Below are positions 10,655 to 19,916 of a stretch of DNA of 64,000 bases, piece by piece. The notes beneath the pieces are model-generated. The model was not told where the DNA came from. It made no database searches and saw only the letters and a list, made by a program, of their open reading frames with translations. Made by a program: the position numbers and the translations under genes. The DNA is taken from sequence record PZ445436.1, one strand, 5' to 3'. The stretch's first letter is position 1. The number at the start of each line of letters is the position of its first letter. This DNA is from a phage.

Positions 10655-10688
10655 TAATTATACCACATCCTTGTGGTAAAGTAAACTA
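10655..10688 (-). promoter_or_regulatory. Early promoter (rIIA.1/rIIA), overlapping the 3' end of gene 39
   Basis: GTTTAC (10681-10686), 18 bp, TATAAT (10657-10662). Confidence 0.55.
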
Positions 10689-12506
10689 CTGGCTCATCCA
10701 TTCTTTACGAAGGTCAGCATTATCTCCCATGAGCATTTCAAAAAGCTCTTTCCAGTTCTCAGGAAGTTTAACAACATCATATACTGGGTTTTGAATCATC
10801 TCACGATATTCAGATTTTTCCAAAGAGCCAAGTCCCTTAATATAACGGATGCTATGTTTAGGTAGAGCATCTTTGGCACTCTCATATTCAGCGACTGTAT
10901 AAAACCATTCTTGTTTTTTACCGACCTGAGCGATGATTACAGGAGTTTTGACAAAGCGAATTCGTCCTTGCTCAAACAATTCTGGCCAATTACTAAAAAA
11001 CCCGAGCAGAGAAGGATAAATGCTTCCTAGACCATCATGGTCAGCATCAGTCATAATAGCAATATTATGATAATTCAAGTTTTCAGCTTTTTCACCAAGA
11101 ACTAATCCAGTGATTGCGCAAATATCAAATAGTTCTTTATTTTTAAGCATATCAGCATATGACATACCCCAACTGTTGAGAACTTTACCACGCAATGGAT
11201 AACCACCATGAAGTTCTTTATCACGAACATCAATAAGATATCCGATAGCAGAATCACCCTCAGTCAAGAAAAGAGTAGTATCAGCATCTTTACCGCAAAG
11301 ATTCGCTTTGATATGTTTATGAACCTTAGCTTTAGAAGCCTTTTTAGCTGCTTTAGTTTCTGCTGCTTTTTCTGCCGCCAATTTACGAGCCAAAGCAGCT
11401 TCAATAATCGGCATTAGAATTGCTTCATTATTTAGAATAGCACGTGAAATCTTTTTAGCATCAAGTTGAATATGACTACGGATTTCACCAAATGGAGAAG
11501 TCAAACGCTCTTTAGTTTGAGAATCAAATCGCATGTTTTTCATATCACGGACAAACATAACGATAGTCAAACATTCTTTGACACGTGCTTTAGTTACATC
11601 AATTTTGAACTTACGTTTGATTTGTGGAATAAGGTCTTCACAAATATCATCCATAACACAGTCAATGTGATGGCCACCATTCTTAGTATGAATGTTATTG
11701 ACGTATGTTAATTGACGAAAACCATCTGGTGAACGACCAACCGCAATAGAACAATTTTCTTGTTCTTGAACGATAGCATGTTCATCATACTGTCGTGCGT
11801 ATTTCTTAAAATTACCCTGAACCTTTTTACCATTAAAGGTAAATTGAATATCAGGATAAACAACAGCAAGTGTCTGGAGACGATCCAGTGTAATGTCAAG
11901 ATAAACTTGGGACAGCTCATTAGTTTCAAATGACATAAAATCTGGAATGAAAGTAACACGAGTTCCTTTCCATTTTCCAGGAATAGTTTCCCAGGATTTA
12001 TTTTCCATGCCATTTGAACAACGAACTACAATATTATTTTGACCATCGCCAGTTTCACCGACAAACATCACAGAAAAAATGTTAGTTAAACTAGAACCAA
12101 CACCATTCATACCACCGGTGACACGTTCTTTATCATCACCAAAGTTACCACCCGCTTTTGGAATAGTCCAAGCAGCAACTGGACCAGGAATTTCTTCACC
12201 GGTAGGTGTTTTAACCATCGCTTGTGGAATACCACGACCGTTATCTTCAACTGTTACTTGATTGTTTTTGATAGTAACATTAATTTTATTTGCGAATTTA
12301 AACTTAGTACGAATACCTTCATCTACTGAGTTATCGATAATTTCATCAATAAGCTTAACAAGACCAGGTACATACTGAACACTTTCCCATTTACCAAACA
12401 GAAAGCGCTCATGCATTTCATTAGCAGAAGAGCCAATATACATGCCGCTACGCTTTTTGATATGTTCAATATCGCTCAGAATTTTAATTTCATTCTTAAT
12501 CATCAC
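10686..12506 (-). CDS. 39: DNA topoisomerase II large subunit (ATPase + TOPRIM), unsplit 606-aa form
   Basis: GyrB-like motifs; one continuous ORF, unlike the T4 split into genes 39 and 60. Confidence 0.88.
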   Translation of the reverse strand: MMIKNEIKILSDIEHIKKRSGMYIGSSANEMHERFLFGKWESVQYVPGLVKLIDEIIDNSVDEGIRTKFKFANKINVTIKNNQVTVEDNGRGIPQAMVKTPTGEEIPGPVAAWTIPKAGGNFGDDKERVTGGMNGVGSSLTNIFSVMFVGETGDGQNNIVVRCSNGMENKSWETIPGKWKGTRVTFIPDFMSFETNELSQVYLDITLDRLQTLAVVYPDIQFTFNGKKVQGNFKKYARQYDEHAIVQEQENCSIAVGRSPDGFRQLTYVNNIHTKNGGHHIDCVMDDICEDLIPQIKRKFKIDVTKARVKECLTIVMFVRDMKNMRFDSQTKERLTSPFGEIRSHIQLDAKKISRAILNNEAILMPIIEAALARKLAAEKAAETKAAKKASKAKVHKHIKANLCGKDADTTLFLTEGDSAIGYLIDVRDKELHGGYPLRGKVLNSWGMSYADMLKNKELFDICAITGLVLGEKAENLNYHNIAIMTDADHDGLGSIYPSLLGFFSNWPELFEQGRIRFVKTPVIIAQVGKKQEWFYTVAEYESAKDALPKHSIRYIKGLGSLEKSEYREMIQNPVYDVVKLPENWKELFEMLMGDNADLRKEWMSQ

Positions 12507-12528
12507 TTATCCTCGTTTGGTTTCGGGA

Positions 12529-12557
12529 ATATTATACTCCGGTAATCATAAAGCTAA
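12529..12557 (-). promoter_or_regulatory. Candidate MotA-dependent middle promoter for gene 39
   Basis: Minus strand AGCTTTA (MotA-box-like), 12 bp, TATAAT (12531-12536). Confidence 0.4.
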
Positions 12558-12576
12558 AGGCCCGAAGGCCTTTTAT
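12556..12576 (-). other. GC-rich UUCG-type hairpin
   Basis: AAAGGCC-CGAA-GGCCTTT palindrome. Confidence 0.4.
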
Positions 12577-12842
12577 TTAAAACGAATAGTTGAATCCTTA
12601 AAGAACAGCCCAGAACATACTGTTCCTTCTACTTTCTGCCCAGTAGGTCCAACAGCACGAAATCCAGTATGTTGGAAATCATTTTCAGAGCAACCGAACC
12701 AGTTATATCCAGTGATTTCAATATTCGTAAAACCACTTGATGATAAAATTTTAGTTGCATTATCAGCATCAGTGCATCCTACTAAAGATACTGCTAATAC
12801 TAATGCTGCGATAGAACGATTAACATATTTCATAATTTTCAC
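12573..12842 (-). CDS. Putative lipoprotein (89 aa)
   Basis: N-terminal signal peptide with lipobox LVGC (MKIMKYVNRSIAALVLAVSLVGCTD...). Confidence 0.5.
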   Translation of the reverse strand: MKIMKYVNRSIAALVLAVSLVGCTDADNATKILSSSGFTNIEITGYNWFGCSENDFQHTGFRAVGPTGQKVEGTVCSGLFFKDSTIRFK

Positions 12843-13210
12843 TTAAATTTAATGGCTTGAAGGAGACTAATAATTCTTAAACGGCTTCTTTCATCTTTAA
12901 CTGTAAAAGAAAGAGGGTCGCCAGATTTCATAGTAATAGTGCATTCAAAATCAAAATCTTCTGTGACTTCTTCGAAGAAGTCAAATTCTTCATCATAAAT
13001 TAGAACACTACTTTGCAGACTGTGGAGAGTTTTTCCAGCATTTCCAGATGCTGTACCAATCATTGTAACATTATGACCTTTCATATCTTCAACGATAAAT
13101 TCGTTTGTCAATATTACAGCATTAATAGAACTATTCCTATTACTAACAGAAAGTAGAAATTTCTGTTCTTCACCTTCACGAATACGATATTTCTTACCAA
13201 TTTTAAACAT
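12839..13210 (-). CDS. Hypothetical protein (123 aa)
   Basis: ORF track. Confidence 0.5.
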   Translation of the reverse strand: MFKIGKKYRIREGEEQKFLLSVSNRNSSINAVILTNEFIVEDMKGHNVTMIGTASGNAGKTLHSLQSSVLIYDEEFDFFEEVTEDFDFECTITMKSGDPLSFTVKDERSRLRIISLLQAIKFK

Positions 13211-13212
13211 AA

Positions 13213-13389
13213 TTACCCTTTAAGTAAGTCGTAAAAACCACCATTCACATGCTTAGGAGCAGAAGGCCGACGAGTAGACAGACGATGACATTTAGGGCAA
13301 ACATCATTTTCTCGTTCAGAAATCTTTTTAATTTTTTCATATTCATGCCCGCAATCTTCGGATTGGCATTTATAATCATACATTGGCAT
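13213..13389 (-). CDS. Small zinc-ribbon protein (58 aa, two CxxC pairs); absent from the ORF track
   Basis: Hand translation MPMYDYKCQSEDCGHEYEKIKKISERENDVCPKCHRLSTRRPSAPKHVNGGFYDLLKG; SD AAGGA; fills the gap between flanking ORFs exactly. Confidence 0.5.
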   Translation of the reverse strand: MPMYDYKCQSEDCGHEYEKIKKISERENDVCPKCHRLSTRRPSAPKHVNGGFYDLLKG

Positions 13390-13391
13390 AA

Positions 13392-13817
13392 TTATTCCTT
13401 AAAATGTGCTTTCAACATCTGATACAAGGACCATGCATGTTCATTATTTTCAATAGTAACTTTCATGACCGGGAATTCTGTGAAATCTTCTATTTGTTCT
13501 TGCTCTTTCTCTTCCTGCTCTTGCTCTTCGGCTGCCTGGTATGGATTTTCCACTTCATCAAAGAACACAGCTTCGCTCGTTGAAAGCCAGATAAAATCTT
13601 CATCCAAAATATCTTTACCAGAAGATAACGCCAATTTTCCACTAGATGTCACAAGTTTAGTAGGACGACCAAGATAGTCAATATCTGTAACTCTAAAAGG
13701 TTCCATACCAAGACGACGTGCATAAATTCCGTTTTCAGTATGGTCCTTGATAAAATCTTCTTGAGCTTGTTTATTTTTAAATTGATACCATTTATTAACT
13801 TCAAATTTAATAGCCAT
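13392..13817 (-). CDS. Hypothetical acidic protein (141 aa); size and position suggest goF, not verified
   Basis: ORF track; acidic [11 protein letters not shown] stretch. Confidence 0.5.
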   Translation of the reverse strand: MAIKFEVNKWYQFKNKQAQEDFIKDHTENGIYARRLGMEPFRVTDIDYLGRPTKLVTSSGKLALSSGKDILDEDFIWLSTSEAVFFDEVENPYQAAEEQEQEEKEQEQIEDFTEFPVMKVTIENNEHAWSLYQMLKAHFKE

Positions 13818-14032
13818 TAATAAGTTTCCTTCCAGTAAGTTGTGCCATCTTCAGTAATTTCACGAAATACACCGTAAATTGGTTGTTTATCACCAACCTT
13901 TTCATACACATAAACCGAAGTCAAGTGAGTAAACTTAACGGTATGTTCTTTTTGAACTACTACCAAATCTGGATCGAATAGTACATCTTCAAATTCGTCA
14001 TTAGTGCAATTCTGAACAATTTTACGTTTCAT
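13817..14032 (-). CDS. Hypothetical protein (71 aa)
   Basis: ORF track. Confidence 0.45.
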   Translation of the reverse strand: MKRKIVQNCTNDEFEDVLFDPDLVVVQKEHTVKFTHLTSVYVYEKVGDKQPIYGVFREITEDGTTYWKETY

Positions 14033-14045
14033 TACAATTTCCTCA

Positions 14046-14327
14046 TTAATTGAACAGTGGAGCGATGCGTTTCAGAAGAGTAGCAGCACCTTTAGCGAAT
14101 TTTACATCATGAAAAACAGTTTCTTCTTCCGTTACAACACGAGCTTTAATGTTTTCACAATCCCAATTTTTGCGAACAATCTTCAAAAGCTGCAGTAAAT
14201 CTTTACATTCAGCAATATCGATAACACATCCACGAGAATCTTCCATTATCGCACGATAACCGTAAGCCATACCATAATCATTGAAAGATTGCTCGATGAT
14301 AATTAAATTTTCCATTTTATTCTCCAA
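14046..14327 (-). CDS. Hypothetical protein (93 aa)
   Basis: ORF track. Confidence 0.45.
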   Translation of the reverse strand: MENKMENLIIIEQSFNDYGMAYGYRAIMEDSRGCVIDIAECKDLLQLLKIVRKNWDCENIKARVVTEEETVFHDVKFAKGAATLLKRIAPLFN

Positions 14328-14337
14328 GTTGTTTTCT

Positions 14338-14390
14338 GTATCAGTAGTTGATATTGATATAGTACCATAATCAACTACTGATGTATATAG
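14338..14390 (-). promoter_or_regulatory. Promoter-like element with a perfect 12-bp inverted repeat flanking the -10
   Basis: TCAGTAGTTGAT (14341-14352) and ATCAACTACTGA (14370-14381) flank TACTAT; -35 diverged from GTTTAC. Confidence 0.4.
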
Positions 14391-14412
14391 TTTTATGAAA
14401 AAATTTTAAACT

Positions 14413-14904
14413 TTATGCATAGCGAGCTTTGCTATAGTGTTTAATCCAACTTTCAGGAATGACTTTGTATGTTCCTAAAAATACCGCGTTGTATAACTTA
14501 ACGCCATCTTCTACCCATTGATCAGTAATGTATGCACACATAGCGCGAGTACGGTTAACAACACCTTCCTCACCTTCAGTAAATTCAAACTCATAAGGAG
14601 CAACGAACTTAATAGCCTGACCGAGTTTCCACTTAAAGTCTACACCTACATGCGAAGTATCAATCGTTTCAATTCCTTTAGCAGGAACAGCTTTCAAAAA
14701 CGCAGATTCAAGAAATTTCGCACGAACATAGCCAAACTGAGGTTTAGACTTTCCATCTTTAGGAATGATACGCACTTTTACTTCAGAATCTTCATCTTTA
14801 ACACCGTGTTTAAGCTGAATGCTTACAACTTCGACCAATTTTCCTGCCGCTTTAGAGCGGGATTTATCAGATACACGAGCTAATTCACCAATATTAATAA
14901 TCAT
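14413..14904 (-). CDS. Hypothetical protein (163 aa), paralog of the next ORF
   Basis: ORF track; C-terminal TDQWVEDGVKLYNAV motif shared with 14978..15415. Confidence 0.5.
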   Translation of the reverse strand: MIINIGELARVSDKSRSKAAGKLVEVVSIQLKHGVKDEDSEVKVRIIPKDGKSKPQFGYVRAKFLESAFLKAVPAKGIETIDTSHVGVDFKWKLGQAIKFVAPYEFEFTEGEEGVVNRTRAMCAYITDQWVEDGVKLYNAVFLGTYKVIPESWIKHYSKARYA

Positions 14905-14946
14905 AGTTATCTCTCACTTGTTAAAAAGATTTTATACTCCACGGGA

Positions 14947-14980
14947 CCATTATACTCTGGTCCCAAGAGTTTGTAAACTA
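14947..14980 (-). promoter_or_regulatory. Early promoter
   Basis: GTTTAC (14973-14978), 18 bp, TATAAT (14949-14954); GGGACC/GGTCCC inverted repeat around the -10. Confidence 0.5.
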
Positions 14981-15415
14981 GCTTACACGAACATTAATCA
15001 CTGCGCTGCGAGGAACTACAGAGTACTCTCCAGCATGAACTACGTTCAGAAGTTCAACACCATCTTCAATCCACTGATCAGTCACCCATCCACCCACAGG
15101 ATTCGCGAATGGACGACGAATATAAACTGCCTTACACAGTAGATCAGTTGGATCTTCAGGTTTTTCAATTTCTGTCAATAGACTAAAATCTTTTTCATAA
15201 ATAATAAGCGGTGATACCATTCCATAATAGTTTCTAATTTCAATATACATCATACCGATAAGAATTCCGCTATTAACACTAATAACAGTAAAAGGATATC
15301 CGCCAGTTAAAGCAAGAAGTTCACAAAACTTATTATGAGCTGTATTAGACAGTACCGGAAAATTCTTAATTTCATCAAATTTTTTCAATTGATAAACAGC
15401 ATTATTTTTAATCAT
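14978..15415 (-). CDS. Hypothetical protein (145 aa), paralog of 14413..14904
   Basis: ORF track; shared C-terminal motif VTDQWIEDGVELLNVV. Confidence 0.5.
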   Translation of the reverse strand: MIKNNAVYQLKKFDEIKNFPVLSNTAHNKFCELLALTGGYPFTVISVNSGILIGMMYIEIRNYYGMVSPLIIYEKDFSLLTEIEKPEDPTDLLCKAVYIRRPFANPVGGWVTDQWIEDGVELLNVVHAGEYSVVPRSAVINVRVS

Positions 15416-15425
15416 AATTTTCTCT

Positions 15426-15938
15426 TTAATCTAAGGTAATAAAGCCTTTTAATTCGGCATGCGATTTGCGGAACATTACTTGATGTCCGCCAATGATAAC
15501 TTGGTCATCTGGCACTTCATAAATCGCAATGTACATTCCACGTTCTTTTAAGTCTTCACGCTCTTCTCGAGTGAACCATCTCATCATATCATATTCACTA
15601 GCGAAAGCAAAATGATATAATGCAATAAACCATAATGGAATATAATTTTCAATTCGTGAATAATCTTTATTCCATTTAGTTTTAATAACATCATTAGCAT
15701 TTTCAACTAATAACTTATCATCGTGTGGAATAGGAATACTTTCATGGCTTTCATAATTATCGCTATGATGATGAAATGATGATGAATTAATACCACAAAA
15801 TTTTAACCAAGTTCGAGTTTTCATAGAATCAAATCCACGATAAGGAGTTGATTGAACGCATAACTCTTGCCTAATTTTCATTATACCACTATCATCATTT
15901 AATGCACTAAACGATGATTCAACACGATAAATTTTCAT
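15426..15938 (-). CDS. Hypothetical protein (170 aa; start refined to MKIYRV...)
   Basis: ATG 15936-15938 after GAGGATAATAAA; track extension is promoter read-through. Confidence 0.5.
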   Translation of the reverse strand: MKIYRVESSFSALNDDSGIMKIRQELCVQSTPYRGFDSMKTRTWLKFCGINSSSFHHHSDNYESHESIPIPHDDKLLVENANDVIKTKWNKDYSRIENYIPLWFIALYHFAFASEYDMMRWFTREEREDLKERGMYIAIYEVPDDQVIIGGHQVMFRKSHAELKGFITLD

Positions 15939-15963
15939 TTTATTATCCTCAGTAGCTATGGTG

Positions 15964-15997
15964 TTATAATACCACAACTAACCGAGGAAGTAAACAA
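15964..15997 (-). promoter_or_regulatory. Early promoter
   Basis: GTTTAC (15990-15995), 18 bp, TATTAT (15966-15971). Confidence 0.5.
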
Positions 15998-16001
15998 CTT
16001 T

Positions 16002-16685
16002 TTATCGTTTTGTTGGAAGAGATAGAGGATCGCATTCTTCCTCTGATGGAGCATCTTCAAGACCCATAGCATATCGCAAAGCATACTTCATCATCAGGAT
16101 GTCTTTCGCACAGTCATGAATAGAATCATGCGCAACGAATCCATCTAAAGTTCCTTTTGGAAGAGGACACGTGGTCATATCACGAACAAGCAGAAGTGCT
16201 TCAATTCTGGTACGAATATCACGCTGATTCCAGAATTTACAAGGTTCTAACTTAAATGTGTCAAGCTCATTCTCGGAAACGCCGTTAAGACGTTGAATAT
16301 CGCGAATGAGATCGACTAAAATTGGAAAATCAAACGACATTCCACGGCACCAACCTTGAGATTTCCAAGGATCGATATTATGTGCATTGATGTAATCATT
16401 AAATTTTGCAATACCATCGATAGTGCTTACATCTTCATCGGATGGTGCAATATTTTTTCGAGCTTCAGGAGACTGATTTTTCCACCATTCGATAGTGCTT
16501 TTAGTAAAAAGACGATGTCCTTTTTGGCTTTTTAAATCAAATTTGATTTTAATGCCACGTGAAACTAATTCATCAAATGTTTCAACTACTTCTGGGTTAG
16601 GGTCAAAAGCAATTACAGCCAAATCAATAACAGCTGCTTTTTCACCGCTTCCCATTGTTTCAAAATCTATAATAAAATCAAACAT
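16002..16685 (-). CDS. dexA: Exonuclease A (DexA)
   Basis: 227 aa as in T4 DexA; DEDD-type exonuclease residues; adjacent to dda. Confidence 0.75.
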   Translation of the reverse strand: MFDFIIDFETMGSGEKAAVIDLAVIAFDPNPEVVETFDELVSRGIKIKFDLKSQKGHRLFTKSTIEWWKNQSPEARKNIAPSDEDVSTIDGIAKFNDYINAHNIDPWKSQGWCRGMSFDFPILVDLIRDIQRLNGVSENELDTFKLEPCKFWNQRDIRTRIEALLLVRDMTTCPLPKGTLDGFVAHDSIHDCAKDILMMKYALRYAMGLEDAPSEEECDPLSLPTKR

Positions 16686-16942
16686 TAAATTTTCCTCGCT
16701 AAATCACGAATTTGACCTACAGTATAGTCTTGAATATAAACTTTATTGATAGGCTCATCAATAAATTTTGCCATAGATTCAATGTCTTTTTGTATTTCTT
16801 CAAGACTGTATACTATCTTTAAAGCTTTTTCGCGAATAGTAATATTTTCAGGACCCTGATTTTCTTCAATGACAGCTTTAACATTTGTCATAAGAGATTT
16901 AAACTGGTACCAACTCAACTCAATCATTAATAATCGCCTCAT
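16685..16942 (-). CDS. Hypothetical small protein (85 aa), member of a tandem triplet
   Basis: ORF track. Confidence 0.45.
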   Translation of the reverse strand: MRRLLMIELSWYQFKSLMTNVKAVIEENQGPENITIREKALKIVYSLEEIQKDIESMAKFIDEPINKVYIQDYTVGQIRDLARKI

Positions 16943-17180
16943 AAAGATAGCTAATTTCGCCTAAAACGTAATCACTGATTGTAACAGTTTTCACTTCACC
17001 GCAAAAGAATTCTAACGCAATTAAATCTCGTTCAATTTCTTCTAATTGAAGCATCAACTTATTAGATTCAATTTTTACAGTTTCACGATTTTTACCATGA
17101 GCAATTTCATAAATTTCGCTCACTTTATCTTGAAGCAGATAAAACTGATCTTTAGTTATTTCCACGAATAGCTTCCTCAA
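16920..17180 (-). CDS. Hypothetical small protein (86 aa), member of a tandem triplet
   Basis: ORF track. Confidence 0.45.
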   Translation of the reverse strand: MRKLFVEITKDQFYLLQDKVSEIYEIAHGKNRETVKIESNKLMLQLEEIERDLIALEFFCGEVKTVTISDYVLGEISYLYEAIIND

Positions 17181-17412
17181 ATTTAATTAGTAATTTACAG
17201 ACACTTTCATCTAGTGTAATTACCGTATCTGTATTACTGTGATATGATTGTTTTTCAATTCGTTTAATTGCTAATATAGTATCACTTATAAGATAAAGCT
17301 TATGAAGGAGCTCAGCTCCTGTTACCATAACATCGAGATTATCTTGCTTATTAGTATGCTTCCTTATACCATCTATTAGACGATTTAAATATTTTGAATT
17401 GATGTTAATCAT
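17152..17412 (-). CDS. Hypothetical small protein (86 aa), member of a tandem triplet
   Basis: ORF track. Confidence 0.45.
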   Translation of the reverse strand: MININSKYLNRLIDGIRKHTNKQDNLDVMVTGAELLHKLYLISDTILAIKRIEKQSYHSNTDTVITLDESVCKLLIKFEEAIRGNN

Positions 17413-17418
17413 ATAGCC

Positions 17419-18738
17419 TCACACATAAAATACATCATAACGACCACGAGTTACACCAACATAAAGAAGTTGTTGGGCCAATTCAGCATCTGCATAATGA
17501 ATACAAGGCGTATAAATGAAAGCACGGTCTACAGACATACCCTGAGCTTTATGGAATGTTGATGCAGGAAGTGCTTTCACTTTACTAAACTGTGATTTAG
17601 CATCCCAAAAATCACTCCATGGAGCTTTTCCGCCTTTGTTCCAATTTTTATAAGTTTCTGCCGTTTTACCTAAAAATAGGTTAAACTTATACAATTCTTC
17701 ATCAGATGAAATTATTTTAATCTTTTCACGATAATATTCATCATCGCCGTAAGTTTCTACTGTTAAATCCCAATGACGAATTAAGTATTCTCCAGGAACA
17801 CCACGGGCTTTAACAAACGTTGATGTATACTCTGCTTCTATAATACGAACTAATTGTCCGTTATTAAAAATAATTTCTGACACAGGCTTTCCATCAATTT
17901 TATATGTTTTAATTAATGGTTCCTGCATTACAATAATTTCACCTACAATAAAATCTTTATCAGTTTCAAAAATCTTTTTACGAATAATGCTATTTAACTT
18001 GTCAACAGATTTATTCGTAAATGCCATTACGCGATTTTCAAACAAATCATCTAGAGATTTGACGATTGAAAAATAATTTACCATAAAATCGCGTAAAGCG
18101 GTATCACCTGTAAATCCACGTACTCCATGCCCGTCAACAACTTTATCATAAATCCACTTACCGTTGCGAACATCAGTAGCTACATCAATAATAGGAGCAT
18201 TACTGCGTTTAACTTCAGTAAGTTCACACTGATAAAAATCTTTGTGTGTAAAGAATGGACTGATATAAGCAGTATTTTCTCCTGGATCAACAGGTCTAAT
18301 TTGCTTATTATCCCCTATTCCAATTATAGTACACCAAGGTGGAATAGTTGAAAGCAGAATTTTAAATAGCTTTCTATCATACATTGACACTTCGTCGCAG
18401 ATTAATACCCTGCATTTAGCTAAATCTGGTACTTCCTTCTGTTCAAAAAGAACGTTTTCTTCATACGTAACTGGGTTAATTTTAAGAATACTGTGAATAG
18501 TACTCGCTTCTTTCCCCGACAGTTTTGAAAGAATCTTTTTAGCTGCATGTGTAGGAGCTGCCAAAATGATACCAGTTTCGCCTGTTGATATTAAAGCTTC
18601 AATGATGAACTTAGTAAGAGTAGTCTTACCGGTACCAGCAGGTCCATTAATAGTTACATGATGTTTCTTTTCTTTAATAGCCTTCATAACAATGTTAAAG
18701 GCATTTTTCTGGCCTTCGGTCAAATCATCAAATGTCAT
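17419..18738 (-). CDS. dda: DNA helicase Dda (SF1B)
   Basis: 439 aa; Walker A GPAGTGKT; sequence matches recalled T4 Dda. Confidence 0.88.
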   Translation of the reverse strand: MTFDDLTEGQKNAFNIVMKAIKEKKHHVTINGPAGTGKTTLTKFIIEALISTGETGIILAAPTHAAKKILSKLSGKEASTIHSILKINPVTYEENVLFEQKEVPDLAKCRVLICDEVSMYDRKLFKILLSTIPPWCTIIGIGDNKQIRPVDPGENTAYISPFFTHKDFYQCELTEVKRSNAPIIDVATDVRNGKWIYDKVVDGHGVRGFTGDTALRDFMVNYFSIVKSLDDLFENRVMAFTNKSVDKLNSIIRKKIFETDKDFIVGEIIVMQEPLIKTYKIDGKPVSEIIFNNGQLVRIIEAEYTSTFVKARGVPGEYLIRHWDLTVETYGDDEYYREKIKIISSDEELYKFNLFLGKTAETYKNWNKGGKAPWSDFWDAKSQFSKVKALPASTFHKAQGMSVDRAFIYTPCIHYADAELAQQLLYVGVTRGRYDVFYV

Positions 18739-19046
18739 CGGAAAGTCCCTGCAATTGGAATACTAACAATACGCCCAGTATCTAGAATTCGTTGATATAA
18801 TCTTTGTGTATCTACATCAGGCTTAACATGTTTAACTTCTATTTTATTAAACCAAAATTTACGTGGAGTCTCAACTAATCTTGGAATTCCCTTACCTAAA
18901 GCTAGTTGATACTGCTCTTTAAGAGTGGTAAATACTTTGTCAGCAATATTCCATTCAAAAAATACAGCAGGACGATGTTCATCAAGCGGAACTGGCGCCG
19001 TAAATCCGTCTTTGTCTCGGTAAACTATCGCATATACATAAACCAT
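18735..19046 (-). CDS. Hypothetical protein (103 aa)
   Basis: ORF track. Confidence 0.45.
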   Translation of the reverse strand: MVYVYAIVYRDKDGFTAPVPLDEHRPAVFFEWNIADKVFTTLKEQYQLALGKGIPRLVETPRKFWFNKIEVKHVKPDVDTQRLYQRILDTGRIVSIPIAGTFR

Positions 19047-19047
19047 A

Positions 19048-19794
19048 TTATCCTCGGATAAGTTTAAAAATTGAACAATTTAGCGGGTATCCTCTTTTTA
19101 ATTTGAGTTTATCAATAAATGATAAGTTTTGAAACCGCTCTACACCTTGAATAATTTTATCACACATATCATATTGCATTTCTGCTTCTGACAACTTTTT
19201 CACAGTTTTCCAATCCGAGCCTTTAAGAAGAACGTTCAATTTAACAACTTCAGCGCCTTCTGCTATACGAGAACCATCAATACGAGCTTTAAGTGCTATA
19301 ATTCTTAGCTTAATGTCAGAGGTCTGTTTTGATTTAGAAAGCTGAGAAATGTGTTCAATTCGGTTTTCACGTTTTTTCTGTATAGCTTTAATTTGATTAT
19401 AAGTCTTTTTGATTTTAGCCCATTTCTTTTCATCTAAATTTAGTTTATGAACTTTTTTCGCAGATGAACGACCAATTCGCAAAGCAAATAAATCACGCTT
19501 TTCAATCAACTCTTCTAAAGTATAATCAGAACGAAATGTATTATACTTTTTCTTTACTGCAATAACATTCCCTTTAATGTATCCAACGTTATTATCAAAA
19601 CGTTCTAATGATAATTTCTCTCCTTCAATACGATTATCAAAAGGTTCTCCCGAGTAAGCGCAAACTTTTTGATCTAAAATGTTCTTAATGTAATTGAAGT
19701 CTAAGTTAAAATCTTTAGAACGTCTTTTTGCAGATGCCTGGGTATGCTCTAGACGACGTTTAATTTTACGAATTTGGTTATTAGACAGCTTCAT
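19048..19794 (-). CDS. Hypothetical basic protein (248 aa); occupies the srd position of T4, not verified
   Basis: ORF track; own early promoter upstream. Confidence 0.5.
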   Translation of the reverse strand: MKLSNNQIRKIKRRLEHTQASAKRRSKDFNLDFNYIKNILDQKVCAYSGEPFDNRIEGEKLSLERFDNNVGYIKGNVIAVKKKYNTFRSDYTLEELIEKRDLFALRIGRSSAKKVHKLNLDEKKWAKIKKTYNQIKAIQKKRENRIEHISQLSKSKQTSDIKLRIIALKARIDGSRIAEGAEVVKLNVLLKGSDWKTVKKLSEAEMQYDMCDKIIQGVERFQNLSFIDKLKLKRGYPLNCSIFKLIRG

Positions 19795-19828
19795 ATTTTT
19801 CTCACATCTTACGGACGGTTAACTACTT

Positions 19829-19862
19829 ATACTATAACATTTTTACTTTAACTTGTAAACAA
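19829..19862 (-). promoter_or_regulatory. Early promoter
   Basis: GTTTAC (19855-19860), 18 bp, TATAGT (19831-19836). Confidence 0.5.
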
Positions 19863-19916
19863 CTTTATGAAAAATGCTTTAAAACTTTCATGGTATAATG
19901 AATCTAAGTCCTTCCA

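Noticed and set aside
12442-12846. Plus-strand 134-aa ORF overlapping the lipoprotein gene
   Set aside because: It is antisense to an ORF with a clear signal peptide and lipobox, and overlaps the gene 39 promoter region; no SD
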